64,000 nt of DNA from Tubiluchus corallicola (lineage: Eukaryota; Animalia; Priapulida), in the NCBI GenBank assembly GCA_030141605.1, contig JAQGDQ010000095.1:124001-188000 (forward strand), read 5' to 3'. Of this stretch, positions 52,301-64,000 are shown in pieces. Numbering within the stretch: position 1 is the first letter of the stretch; every line of letters starts with the position of its first letter. The position numbers and the translations under genes were made by a program. The notes beneath the pieces were generated by a model. That model was not told the origin of the DNA, made no database searches, and saw only the letters and a list, made by a program, of their open reading frames with translations.

Positions 52301-55300
52301 ACGATTCTTCGTGAATTGTGTGAAAATTCTTTGGACATGGACAGGAGGCGCTTCCGAAATTGGCTCTTTGTTGAACAAAAATTACTGAAAACAGATTGTG
52401 CGGCTGTCGACTGTGTTGTCGAGCGAACTGTACCTGCCTGCCCCAGACATCGCATACATGTGGCAGTTGCTCCCCAGCGTTGCCTACTGCATCTGGTGTT
52501 TGCTGTAAATCCCACAGACATGTGGTGAAAATTGGAAAAGCACACTAATTTGATTCATTGACCAGATATTTGCAGACAAAGAAAAAATGCGCTGGTTGTA
52601 ATTCTATACCACGTGACGCAAAACATTTCGGTTGGATGAATTTTGCGAATTTTATGAATCCACAACTTTATGTTGACTTGTTAAATAGCTAATTACGTTT
52701 TGTCCGTACATGTAAAAAATCAAAAAAATCTGTGCTTCTAATTTGCCGTTTTTATTATTTCTGTCTCCCAGTTTGTTGATGGAATTATGGTATGCGTCTA
52801 CAAAGTACAACCAGGCTCCACAGTTCTGCATTTTATAGACTTGTAAACTTGTAGCTGTTTTGTTGCCTGTTTAAAATCGGCTGACGTTTTTATGGTTTCA
52901 GTAATAGGAAAATTGGTTTATGATATGACACACGTATTTGCTGATACCTAGCGCGAAATTAACAACTCCGATAATAAAGAAACTGTTTGGCGAGATTAGT
53001 TAGCGAAAGTTGATTTAATCTACATGTATGACGTGTTAAAGCAATGGAAAAGTCTGGGGCAACGATATGTTCATTTCTAATTCTGTAATTCTGATAAACA
53101 AGAATTTTTCCCGGTATGACTTTTGCATGGAATTCTGTCAACATTGTTTTTGTCCTGAATCGTGATCATTATGCAAATTTTGGCAGTGTAAGAGGATAGT
53201 ATACTTTTTTAATCTGGCATTCCACACAGATCACACGATGTTTGTGTAGCTGCTGTGTTTTTCTTGTTAACCAAAACGGCCTGTTGTTTTATTGTAGCGA
53301 ACTTTAAAGACTTGTGTGCCACTTAAGTCATTAAGCCCATAATTATGCAACAGCGACGAAAGATCGACAGAACAAACAGAGGTCGATATCCTGAATAAGC
53401 TAGTTCATTTAATTACAAAAAATCGTTTTTGCAGTTCGAAAGAACGTTTACATTATTAAAATCAGTATATGGTCATAGACTCGCGAATGTTTATCACATT
53501 TTTGATTTTTTCATTGATTCTTATTGCTTGTATAGATCTCACAAAATTTTGCCTTTGGTTGATGAGTAAAAACCGGTTGGTCGCATTAAAACTTCTGTGT
53601 TAATTTTACTGCATTTCAAGAAAATAAAACCACTCAGATGTTAGTTGGCCAATGTGGCTATGCCTGACAGATACAGTTTCCTGTTCACAATTGGCCTGTA
53701 TAGCTGATAATTCTAGATTCTGGTTTTGCGGCTTAGTTTTCTCATGTCACTTATTGTATTTGTTTACTTGTCAGCTAAGCCTAACTCATGTATTGCTTTT
53801 GGCTGGTCTGAACTCTATAAAAGCAGCATCAATGAGAATCAAGTCATTTTTATTGTACCAAGCAGCGATTTTCTAATTTACCTTACTGGTCACTGTAATT
53901 TAAGCCCTTCCCCAGTACCCCTAGTTTTCCATTCAGCTGCATCAAAATGGGTCTTGGCTGGGTCACGAGTTTGTCAAGTTACACGTTTGTTGTGTCATTT
54001 GGTACAAAACCTATAATTAAAATAATCCAGTACTTAACACTAATTTTTTTGGTATAGTCGCAATTTTAGTCACTTATCTGAATGCTCTATGCTCTCTGTA
54101 GATGGAGGTCTAACGCTTGTCTCTCGGATCGCATGATTGGGTGTTTAAGCGCTTTCAGCTAAAGTATCCGATGCATATTATGTAATATGATATTAGCATT
54201 TAAATCTTTTTGTTCTATTTTACTATATACTTATCAATCGTCGTGATACGTCTACATAAGGTTTTACCTCATTTATCTCACTTATACATGTATGTGAAAT
54301 TGTGAACTTGTTTGCTTCGGCTACAGTTCGTCTAATCTGTCTAGTTTTACTTTATATTAGTATAAAATAATACAGACATTGTACTATTTCTGAGTTATCG
54401 CACCGCTATCGTTGTCGTGGAAACCACTTGCATGTGCTTGTGCCTTTATTACCTTCACTTTCCGTAGCCTTATGTTTCCAAGCGTGTCCATTTCTCATTT
54501 GCCAGATGGAAAACAAGCGTCGTGCTCCTGCATATTAATTAGAGCAACCAAGGTTGAACAAATGTCTTGCCGTCACACGGAAGTTTTTTTACTGTCTTTT
54601 TAACTCTTGTTTTATACGCATATCTTGTTTTTCCTTACTACACGCTGGCGTAAAATTATGGGAAGCCTGTTGCATTATCATTACGCGTGGCTGCCTAATG
54701 CAAGTTGACAGCGAATGGGCTCTTTCTCGGTTACTAATTTAGGGTAATAAATCTGGTTAGAGGAAGAGCAGCTTTCCTCCGCGGAGAATTCTTAATTATA
54801 TCCACTAGGAAGACTTAATGCTAAACGTATTCATCTAATCTACTAAGCTACTTTTAACCTAGTTATATTTGCCGCTTGCGAAGGTCATGTGTTGCAGTTT
54901 TCGGCTTTCCGTCTCGTAACGCATGTGACACGTGTTCATCTTCAGTTCTATAGTTCATCTTCCTCTTGGAACTATAATCGTTTGTGAATTGCCAGAACCT
55001 TCGTTTATTTGTGACTCGTTTCGAGAGAATACAGACGCCGAACGCAACTGATTGATGCAAAGCCATTGTCGTTAAAATAAAGTGAATAATTACTACATTA
55101 CAAGACAGATTGCAAATCATGTGTAATAGGGTTGCACGAAATATTTTCAAATGTAACCCACGGGAACACATTACCATCATGCACAGAGAACTTAAACTGG
55201 CTTCCACTGGACCTCTGACGGCAAATGCATATTGCATGCCTCTTATGTATAAAAAACATTTTTTTGAATATTCGCATCTATGTGTCGAACCAAGTCGGTC

Positions 55301-58300
55301 ACAAGTAATGACCAACAAGTTTGACCTTGTCAAACACAAGTTCTCCAAAATACCAGTGGACTGAGATACGAAATTTTTTGCTAAAAAGAATTGAGAAAAT
55401 GTAGCAATTATCACTTGTTTAAAGGTCGCCTTAAGTAAAGCTTTTTGTCAAGAGTTTAATGTTTACTTAAAGTTTAATATTAGATTTTGACATGTTTCTT
55501 ATATGTGTTCAGATGTTTTTGGGTATACCCTGAGTGTTGATTATGAATTTTGGATTTTCTGGTTAAATATTTTTATTATTGCTTAATTTGCTTTTAATAT
55601 TCTGTTTAGAGTTTTATTTCTTCAATTTCTTTAACGTGTATAACCAGTTTTCTTGTTTTGTTTTGCAATTATAATCATGGCTTTCTTTTAATTTTTGTGT
55701 GTGTCTAAATCGCACGATTTTTGTGTAGCTTACATGTATTTGTATTTATGTTCTTAATTTTAAATTGCTGCTGTGATTATGACTTTGTTCTAAAACGAGC
55801 TTTTGCTCAGTCAAGTTTATCCTGAACAAATAACTTTTCATAATAAAAATACTGGCATTGTCATTGATTTGTTACTTTTCAACTCCTTTTGAACAGGTGT
55901 GCGGGTCATCGGAAATCAGAATGTCGTGATACCTGAACTTTTGCACGCCCTGCTACGCGGTTAACGTTTTTGAAATGTTGCCGCTGTCAGGGGCGAACAC
56001 AGTAGGAAACGCTTATCGTTAACCAATCCCTGATAAGATATGGTGTCAGTCAGAGTCTCAGGCACGTGTTTACGTGGCTTGCACTGTTTTACACATGTGA
56101 CTGCAGCATGTACAAAACGTAAAGCACCAGCACATCTGCCCAATTAATAAATATTCATATACGGCATACCGAGAAAGAATAAATTCTTGTATATTTATTA
56201 CCAAATTCCAATGTCAGTAAATGTACTAATTTATTGTTATGGCGTTTTTTGGATGGGCTTCGAGGCGGTAGAGCACTTGAGATGGCCGAGGTCAACAGAC
56301 TTGAGGTTAGTCATATGCCCCAAGATCAAATGGAAGTGCTCCGAAATAAGTGTAAAGAACAAAGTTAAGTCAAAGAACAAAACAAGGAAGCCCAGAGGCT
56401 TTGTGTATTGTGAGATTTGTAGCTATGTTGATATTGATTGTAAACTAGATCTTCAAGTGAATGAAATTGCTACAATAGCCATTGAAAACATGATCACCTC
56501 AAACGTTCAAAAATGCGAGTGAGTGTGAACTTTGCAGAAACTCAAACTAATGAATGGGAGTGATATATATCGCTGTATTTGAAAGTTATCATGAAGTCCA
56601 AAAGAATGCATGGACGAAGCGCGTATGTTTGACGGTTCAAATAGTTCGCCTAGATTCGTCAAAATATTCGTCAAGGTTCATTCTCTTCGACGTCTGAAGT
56701 AGGATAATTTGTTCGACCTTGCAAAGTTCGTTCAAGTTTGTCTTTGAAATTAAAGATCTCAAGAGTGTTGTTTACAAGTGCTTTATTGAGAATCTCGGCG
56801 TTTGAAAATTCGCAACAAACAAACAGTTGTTCACTGGAGTGAAATTTATTTGTGAAATCATCAGCTGTAACTCTAACAGTTAAGCGAGCTTCCAGACTGC
56901 TCAGAGCTGGGCAAACCACACTAATTTCTCTGTCTTTGAAATGACGGTCAAATAAAGCCACACCAGAGTAGGCTTTTACAGCATCTATTTGTGGAGATTA
57001 GTTCAACTTATTGCGGTTTATTCACTGTTAGGAGAGAAGAGACAGACAAAGTAGTTAACCGGTAATTTAACGCGCACTTAAGGCCTTTAGCAGATGACTT
57101 TTCTTTCAAGAACGTTCTTTGAAGATCTTCAAATGCGAATGAATGCGAACTTAACAGAAATTTATACTAATGAGTAAAGTAGAATGGGGGTGGTTATCCT
57201 ATGTAATAAAAAAACTTGAAAGTTTATCGATTTTAAATTCATGACTGACTTCGAATTGCAGGCTTTTTGAAATAGACAGGTTTTGCGATGATTTTAACCG
57301 GCTTCGTGCAACTTTGTTCACATCATACTGAATATAAACTAGCTTTATTTAATTAATCTGAATATATTTGATATTGCTCACCCACTGCCTCGCTACTTTC
57401 ATGTAGCAATGTAGTGTACAGCTTCCGATGTACATTGCGTGTATATCGGAAGATTATAAATTAGGTAATAGTACACTTATGAATGCAAAAGTTTGGGCTT
57501 GTTTTGCTGCTATGCGTATTTAATACTGTTATACTAATTTGCATCAAATTCAAGCCTATTCGAGTGACCAGAATTTTCAAAACAAAGAACTTTGCTTGTC
57601 CCTCCGTGTGGCGTTGGCAAATGACACCCTTGTGCATGTAGTCAATGTGTACAGTGTGTCTATAGACTGCGTCCCTTTGGCTTCACTCATTAAAGCTACT
57701 GTGTTTGTCTAAAGTGAGTTGCATGAGTCATGCAGCTTCTCAGCACGCCCATCCAGTGCTCGCGGGGTTAGGAGGAAATTATATCGTGAGCAGACTCAAA
57801 ATGTTACCGTCGTCTCATTCTGCATTTAATTAATTTTCATGATTTCTGGATAATGCTCGGTGTTTGTATCGAAATTTTACTTGCAGGATATAGGTTTGTT
57901 CAGCTTCCGTTTGTTGTTTTTAGCTAAAAGAATATGCCCTTTTTGTCATATTTTTGTGTCTAAAGTCCAAACATGCATACTGCACTAACGCTCCATTCTG
58001 CAATGTTAAACAAGAAATGCAGTACGAGTATGCAACGGCGTCACGACGATCCATTTATGCTTTCGCCGATAAACTATGCATTTAATTAAAACTCACGCAT
58101 TGATATTACAGCTGCCGGTAATAAATTTACGTTTTAAAACGCGCTGCGTTTATTCATGAACGTACGCGGATTATTTACGGCTGGCAGGAACTGTTTTGTC
58201 AATGTAAAGCGACTGAGCCCTAAAATTCTTTCTTTACTGTCACTGTACACTCGGCCGTGATTTCTTCAGCTACTGGAATATTTTTCTCCGGTTCTTCCTC

Positions 58301-61300
58301 CCGTTATGATTTTTCTCCTCTCTTGTAAATTTAATTTGTGAAGATTCGATTAGCAAACTAGTTAGTCAGAAAAATAAATTACTGGGTTTCACAGAATCTT
58401 TTTAATGGATAATTGTTTCACATATTTTTCTTGTGAATGTATAGGGTAGCAGAATAAGCAATTTTTGATTAAACCAACATTGGGCAACGCGGGTCTATTT
58501 GACACTGATAGAATAAGCTTTATTTATCTTGAAAGTTATTACACTTGCCAGCAACTTCGTTATATCCGCTGATGTTCTACTTTAGGATGAGAAATCAATG
58601 TACACTTATTGATCTGATCCGTCAGTCTGCCAATTTTCCATCGGTCTGAAGAGTTTTGCTTAAAAGTTAAAACTATAAAGTAGGATTGTAGTTGTGCGTT
58701 ACGTCAGGTCACTTCGGATAAATGGGTAGGGCTGACAAGAACTGGGTATGTTGTTCTCGGCTTGACGCATATTGGTAGACAGGGTATTTAGTATTTTAAA
58801 ATTCCGTAATTTGAAAAGTTCATATACCAGTGTACAACACCAGCAATGCAGATAACAAAGGTGGTATTGTGTTCAAACCCAACTTTGACCGAAGGCGTTT
58901 GGTCAAATAGATGGCGTAATAGATAACTTAAAAAAGGCGATTAGGTCCGAGACGAATGCCAGTTTTGAGGCAAGGGGAAAGATCACGTGCAGTGGGTGTT
59001 TAGTAACTGAAGTAACGACGGACGGTTGGGTCTGGTAATTAATGGATAGGTGACTGTTGGGTGTAATACTTTTTAAAGGGTTTAAATACTGATTGTGACT
59101 GTATATCCTACTGCGGGATGATGTATTCATATCTAAGCTGACTAAAACAATTATGTTCGGTGTCTCGTTTTACAGGATTAGCTTGATAATAAGCCCCACT
59201 TTTGATCCTGCCACAACCATCCACATTATGTACACATTCCCATCGAGTGCTAGATTCCAATTTACAATGTGTTGAGCTTATTCAACTAAATAAAAATTGA
59301 ACTTGTGAAAGACGTTAATATTCTAGCGTCTTTCACTTTCGCATCTCATTTTCTCCATGATGTCCAAAACATTGTTTCTACAAATCATTGTAGAGTTTTT
59401 TGTGTTTTAAGCGTTTATTTATTATTTTTCGTACTTGCTTTATGATTTATCTTGGTCTTTATATTGCTTATTTGTTTTATCTCTGTCAGTGAAATAAGCT
59501 GTTTTCTTGAGTGGACTTGTATTACTTGTTTCTGCATACTGACTACACGTATTAAGAAACTTGAAATGAGAATGTTGACGGTTTAGCAGGTCAGTCAGTG
59601 ACAATGCAGTGCGTGTGTTTTATAGCTGGTGCGCGGTAAGTTTGGTGTTGGTAATTTTGGTACAGGTAATTTTGGTACGAGGAAATTTGTCCCGGGAAAA
59701 TTTGAAACTAGGAATTTTTAGTACGTGGTAATTTTGGTACTGAGTAAATATGGTACTAACGAAGTTTTGTCGGGCATTTTTGGTACAAGTAAATATGGTA
59801 CAAGGTAAAATGGCACGGAACAAGTTTAGTACTGTGAAAGTTTGGTACTACCAAAATATATTTTATATAACCTACTCGAACAAGTTGTAGAGCATCATAC
59901 TGTTGCATCTTTTTTATTTTTTTGGCTTTCTCTTTGTTTGTCTGACTGTTGTTTGTTATTTGTCGTTGTTGTTTGTCTGTTTCTAGCTTGCCCTGTTGTT
60001 GTGTTTACCACCACCAATCATTGTCATCATCATCATTGTCAATAATACCACCATGCGTCTGTATCTAGCACCTTGTTAACAACAGTAAAAGCAAAAATCA
60101 GATGTAGCAGCGACAATACATCAACAAGAAACAGTGGCAATTTCAGTGACGGTAACAACTACGACGATCATGGTGATGACACACCATTTCTGCCACTGCC
60201 ACTGCTGCCAACAGCAACATCACAACACTACACCCACTGCATCACAACAACACTACACCCACCACTGTCAACAGTAGCAGTAGTAAGAGCATGAGGAAGA
60301 ACAGCTCTCACTCCATTCTTTAGGCCTCGCGGGAAACCAAGCTATGCTTGTGCAGGCCAGACCAAAAACACAGAGAAAGTGATAATTTTTCTCTGATAAT
60401 TTTTCCCGAAAAAAAAACAAATTGACCGAGCTTTTCGGAAATTTGCATGGTGGGTTGGCAACATTTTATTTTTTGCTGAAAGGATTCTGAAATGTAGCTA
60501 TGTGACTGGGATAATCACGGATAAAATTTTAGCTGCCACACACAATTAATTACAGTATAATGTTTTATGAACTTTTTAGTAAACCACACTTTCCCAGTAC
60601 TAAATTTCCTCCCTACTGAATGAACTTCTTTATTTTCTAGTTAAAGCAATTATTTTATACTGAGATATACAAATGCTGTCTTTTTCGTTTAGCACTAAAT
60701 TATCTAGTACCAAACTTTCCAGTACCCAAATTTTCCTAGTACCAAAACTTCCTTGTACCTATATTTCTTAGTACTAAACAATCCTGGAGCCGGTTTGTGA
60801 AACTGCGCCCTGGTACCACATTTTCCTCGTACAAAACATTCCCCGTACCACATTTTCCTAGTACCAAAAATTCCTTGTACCTAAAGATGATAATACCAAA
60901 TTTACCTGTACCAAAATTATCGCATATTGAAATTACCTAGACCAAAATTAACTGTACCAAATTTACTTGTGCCAAACTATTTACAATCATCATAGATATC
61001 AGGCTACTTTATTTTTGATAAAATTATAAATTGCTTTCTAGTTGTTTAACATAACGCTTACAAATTATAGAACTTAAGTGTTTTTCTAATCAATAATTCG
61101 GACGTGTCTGGATCTTGTCGGCGTTTTCGTCTCTGTTTGAACACGCGCGGCATATGTTCTTCTGTCAGCTTTATGATGCAAGATATGCTGATTAGCGGCT
61201 GCAAGAAAGGCGGCCTGCACACGTCTCGCATATACGGCCCATGCTGCTTCCGGTGAAATAGTTTTTATGCTGCTACTGGGACTACATTAGGGAATCCGTT

Positions 61301-64000
61301 GTGACTTTTACCTAATTGCTCTTTCCACATCTGTAATTTTACTTATGACTGCCACTATATCCATAGTAATCACAGAAATTGTCATAATTCAGTTAAGTCA
61401 GCAAATAGTTTCGTGTTTAGATTGAATGAATAGGCGCCCTCCCACCGTAGTTTTAGAGAAATGATTGCTAGTGTTAATATAATATTAGTAATCATTTTTT
61501 AATGCCAGTTTTTCCTTAGTTTCATTGATATGGCCATTGCAGGGTTCTTGTTTGTTTGAATGCTTGAAGTTTGTTAAATTAATTGTGTTCCATAAAATAA
61601 TCATACAGGATTTTTTTAGTAATAATAATAATAGTCTATTCTATGCGAATTTATACAATGGTACTGGTATTCTACTGCTAAAACATCTTTACACGCAAAT
61701 TTACATTTAGATTAATCTGCTCTATTCTCGTTACAACGTTTACTAGTCTATGGGTGCTGTACAGGCATTTTACCAACCAATGCAACCATTAACACCAGTG
61801 AAACAGATGTAAACTTACGTACACATATGTTATCACTATAATGAAATTCCTGATCCGCAAGCATCATTGAAAATTTCGGATTAAAAGCAGAACGTAGTTC
61901 AGTTAGACTTCTATAAGACTAGATATATTTTCCTTTATAAATCTTGTAGCACTAGCACTTAGCTTACAGGCTTCCTTGTGTAACATTGCCAGTAGCGACA
62001 AATAGATGTTATCTCTATAACATGCATAAGATTGGTCTCTGATGTCATAATGGCAGATTGGCGGCTTTCTCTTTTCTGCCCAGCCCAGTGGTCAGCTAGT
62101 GTTTATTATGTAAGAAACTCCGAAAGCTGGCTCTTAATGAATTTTTAATAATCGGCTGCTGGTATCCATATTTCGGTCTAGTCTTTCCAATGGGGTTCTA
62201 AGCCTAGTCAGTCTTATTCACCTTAGAGTACATAATTACAATGTTGATTTATGAATATAACGGAAACACAAGAGCATGACTATACTGACAAAGTGACTAA
62301 GGTCTTGAAATTTCCCAAAAAATTAATAAACGGAACAATTTTAGACCATGTTTGAAAGTGTGCAGGCTCAATTTTTATCAGAACTAGTCTGTTATCTGTG
62401 ATTTGTTCATTACTTTAATTAACATTTCATTCATGAGGTAAAGGGTGGGATATACTACTTAGTGTACAGCAGGGGATGCTTGAAATCTTTAATTGAATAC
62501 TTGTCTTTATTTTCAGGGATATCAAAAAATGTAGATGTTGAACTTAAAAATCCGCGCAGCAGAAATGACATCTCCAGAGGAAGTGACCTAACTCTTAGAT
62601 GTCTAGTTAGAGGAAATCCGGAACCCAACATTGCATGGTATAAGAACAGCATTCGTCTGTTTGGAGGAGAAAGGATAAACATAAGGTCCAGCAGACTAAC
62701 ATTATCCAATGTCCGGGCAAAAGATAATGGGATATACCACTGCACAGCATCCAACAAAGCTGGTTCTCTGGACAGTATAAACAATTTTGCTCTTACAGTT
62801 CCAGGTAAATGAATCTTTTGGTGACTGTGAGATTGTTCCCAGTTATATCATCATTTTCTAAACTAGCGAACAGTTATTTTAACATTGTGGCTGAAATTAT
62901 TTTATGCATTAGACTTGTTTGTGATTTTACTCTGCAAAACAATGCCTATAAATAGTACCTTTATAAATTTCTTTGGTGGTGTTTTCATTGAGTTTTTTTT
63001 ACTTTCCATGATTAGAAATGACACTTGTTCTAGTTCAACCACATATTTGTGATAATACACAGCATTAGTTCGTCAAAGCTTATTCTATCATTTAATGAAA
63101 AAGTGAACTACTAAATTTGATCTTGTAGGCGATGGCGTTCCATTGATTAAAGTTCTACCTCAAGATGTGACCGTGAGAAAAGGTGATTCAACAACGATCA
63201 ACTGTCTTTATCAGAATGCTTTGCTGACTGAATGGTACATGAGAGACGAAGGACCACTGAAAAATACCTCCAGGTATATACATAATTTATGCATCAAGAT
63301 TTTAAACTAGTTTCTAATTATACATTTGCGAAATTCAGCGTACTTCTGTAATCTTGTTTGATGTCTGTCAACATTGTAATAATACAGTGATAAATCAATC
63401 ATGTTTCATACCTGGCTTTTCACTAAGTCGCTGTTCAACATTCCATTTTAGTTATACCTGATACTTAATATAATACGTTTTCAGACATGTTTTAAAAAAA
63501 TATGAATTCTAATTTTGAGTTGATTGACCTATTTTTGAGAAATAACTGAATCTTGAAAATTCAGTAATGTTGTTGTATTAATGAACAAGCCATTTCATGT
63601 GTTACAGTTTTTCTCAGCCTTAGTTTTGCTAGTATGTTGTAGTGTAGTCTAAGTCTACTTTTTACTCAACTTTTAGTGTTTCAGTCATAGGCTTACATAA
63701 TATTATTAGAAATCCTGTGCAAAAACTAAACTGGACACATTGTAATAGATAATTAGAGCATTTATGTAGATTTGGAAATTTCAGGTTTCTTCAAAAATAT
63801 AAAAATGATATCAGGTCAGGCCCCATAAATATAAACTTGAGGTAGGCTGATTCCCATTTTTAATAGCATTTCTGCGCCAAGAACATTACCTAAACAAAGC
63901 ATCCAGTAACAACTTCTAATTGCATTGTCAGTGTAAGTTAATTATTTTGCATTTGTTTTAGGATGTATATCTACAAAAATGGATCACTTCATTTTTCTCG
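49370..64000 (+). CDS. PTK7: Inactive tyrosine-protein kinase 7 / off-track-like Ig-domain receptor, 5' part (signal peptide, Ig1, Ig2 and part of Ig3); runs off the window
   Basis: Signal peptide MILIMLTGLVVTTVAQG; Ig1 (C..W..RRHQDG..DSGLYQCVA..TG); linker NVIWISKNVDVELKNPRS (cf. PTK7 NIKWIEAGPVVLKHPAS); Ig2 ending NNFALTVP; Ig3 LPQDVTV..GPLKNTSRMYIYKNGSL. Exons: 49370-49391, 50956-51258, 62517-62804, 63129-63273, 63962->64000. Confidence 0.88.
59625..60980. mobile_element. Foldback-type element with tandem-array inverted arms and a low-complexity core
   Basis: The left arm (59625-59850; GTAATTTTGGTACAGG units) is the reverse complement of the right arm (60590-60980; CCTGTACCAAAATTAC units); CAC/CAA-rich interior. 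Confidence 0.7.

Noticed and set aside
54863-55414. 183-aa minus-strand ORF in PTK7 intron 2
   Set aside because: Non-ATG start, no recognisable domain, composition like translated non-coding DNA, no supporting splice structure seen.
58780-59130. Possible LINE remnant (HPLH motif on the minus strand)
   Set aside because: A single short motif is not enough to classify it.

Overview
AT-rich, intron-rich animal (invertebrate) genomic DNA; no prokaryotic features. I reconstructed four spliced genes by eye from GT-AG sites and reading-frame continuity: CLASRP/SFRS16 (minus, 18 coding exons, 3605-19775), V-ATPase subunit D ATP6V1D (plus, 7 exons, 27006-35323), the sperm cation channel pore subunit CatSper1 (minus, 10 exons, 36987-46749) and the 5' part of PTK7/off-track (plus, 49370 to the window end). 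Between CLASRP and ATP6V1D lies an unrecognised single-coding-exon 315-aa ORF (23544-24491) that is acidic, Ser-rich and has no lysine over its last 277 residues. The introns carry many non-autonomous transposons: hAT MITEs with 8-bp TSDs, a Kolobok-type TTAA element nested in a hAT element, a head-to-tail Helitron pair, foldback elements, CR1/L2 remnants and tRNA-derived SINE-like heads. The best leads are the lysine-desert orphan gene, a probable U12-type intron in CatSper1, a candidate poison exon in CLASRP and the CTAG|TC Helitron junction. Gene identities rest on recalled protein motifs, not database searches.
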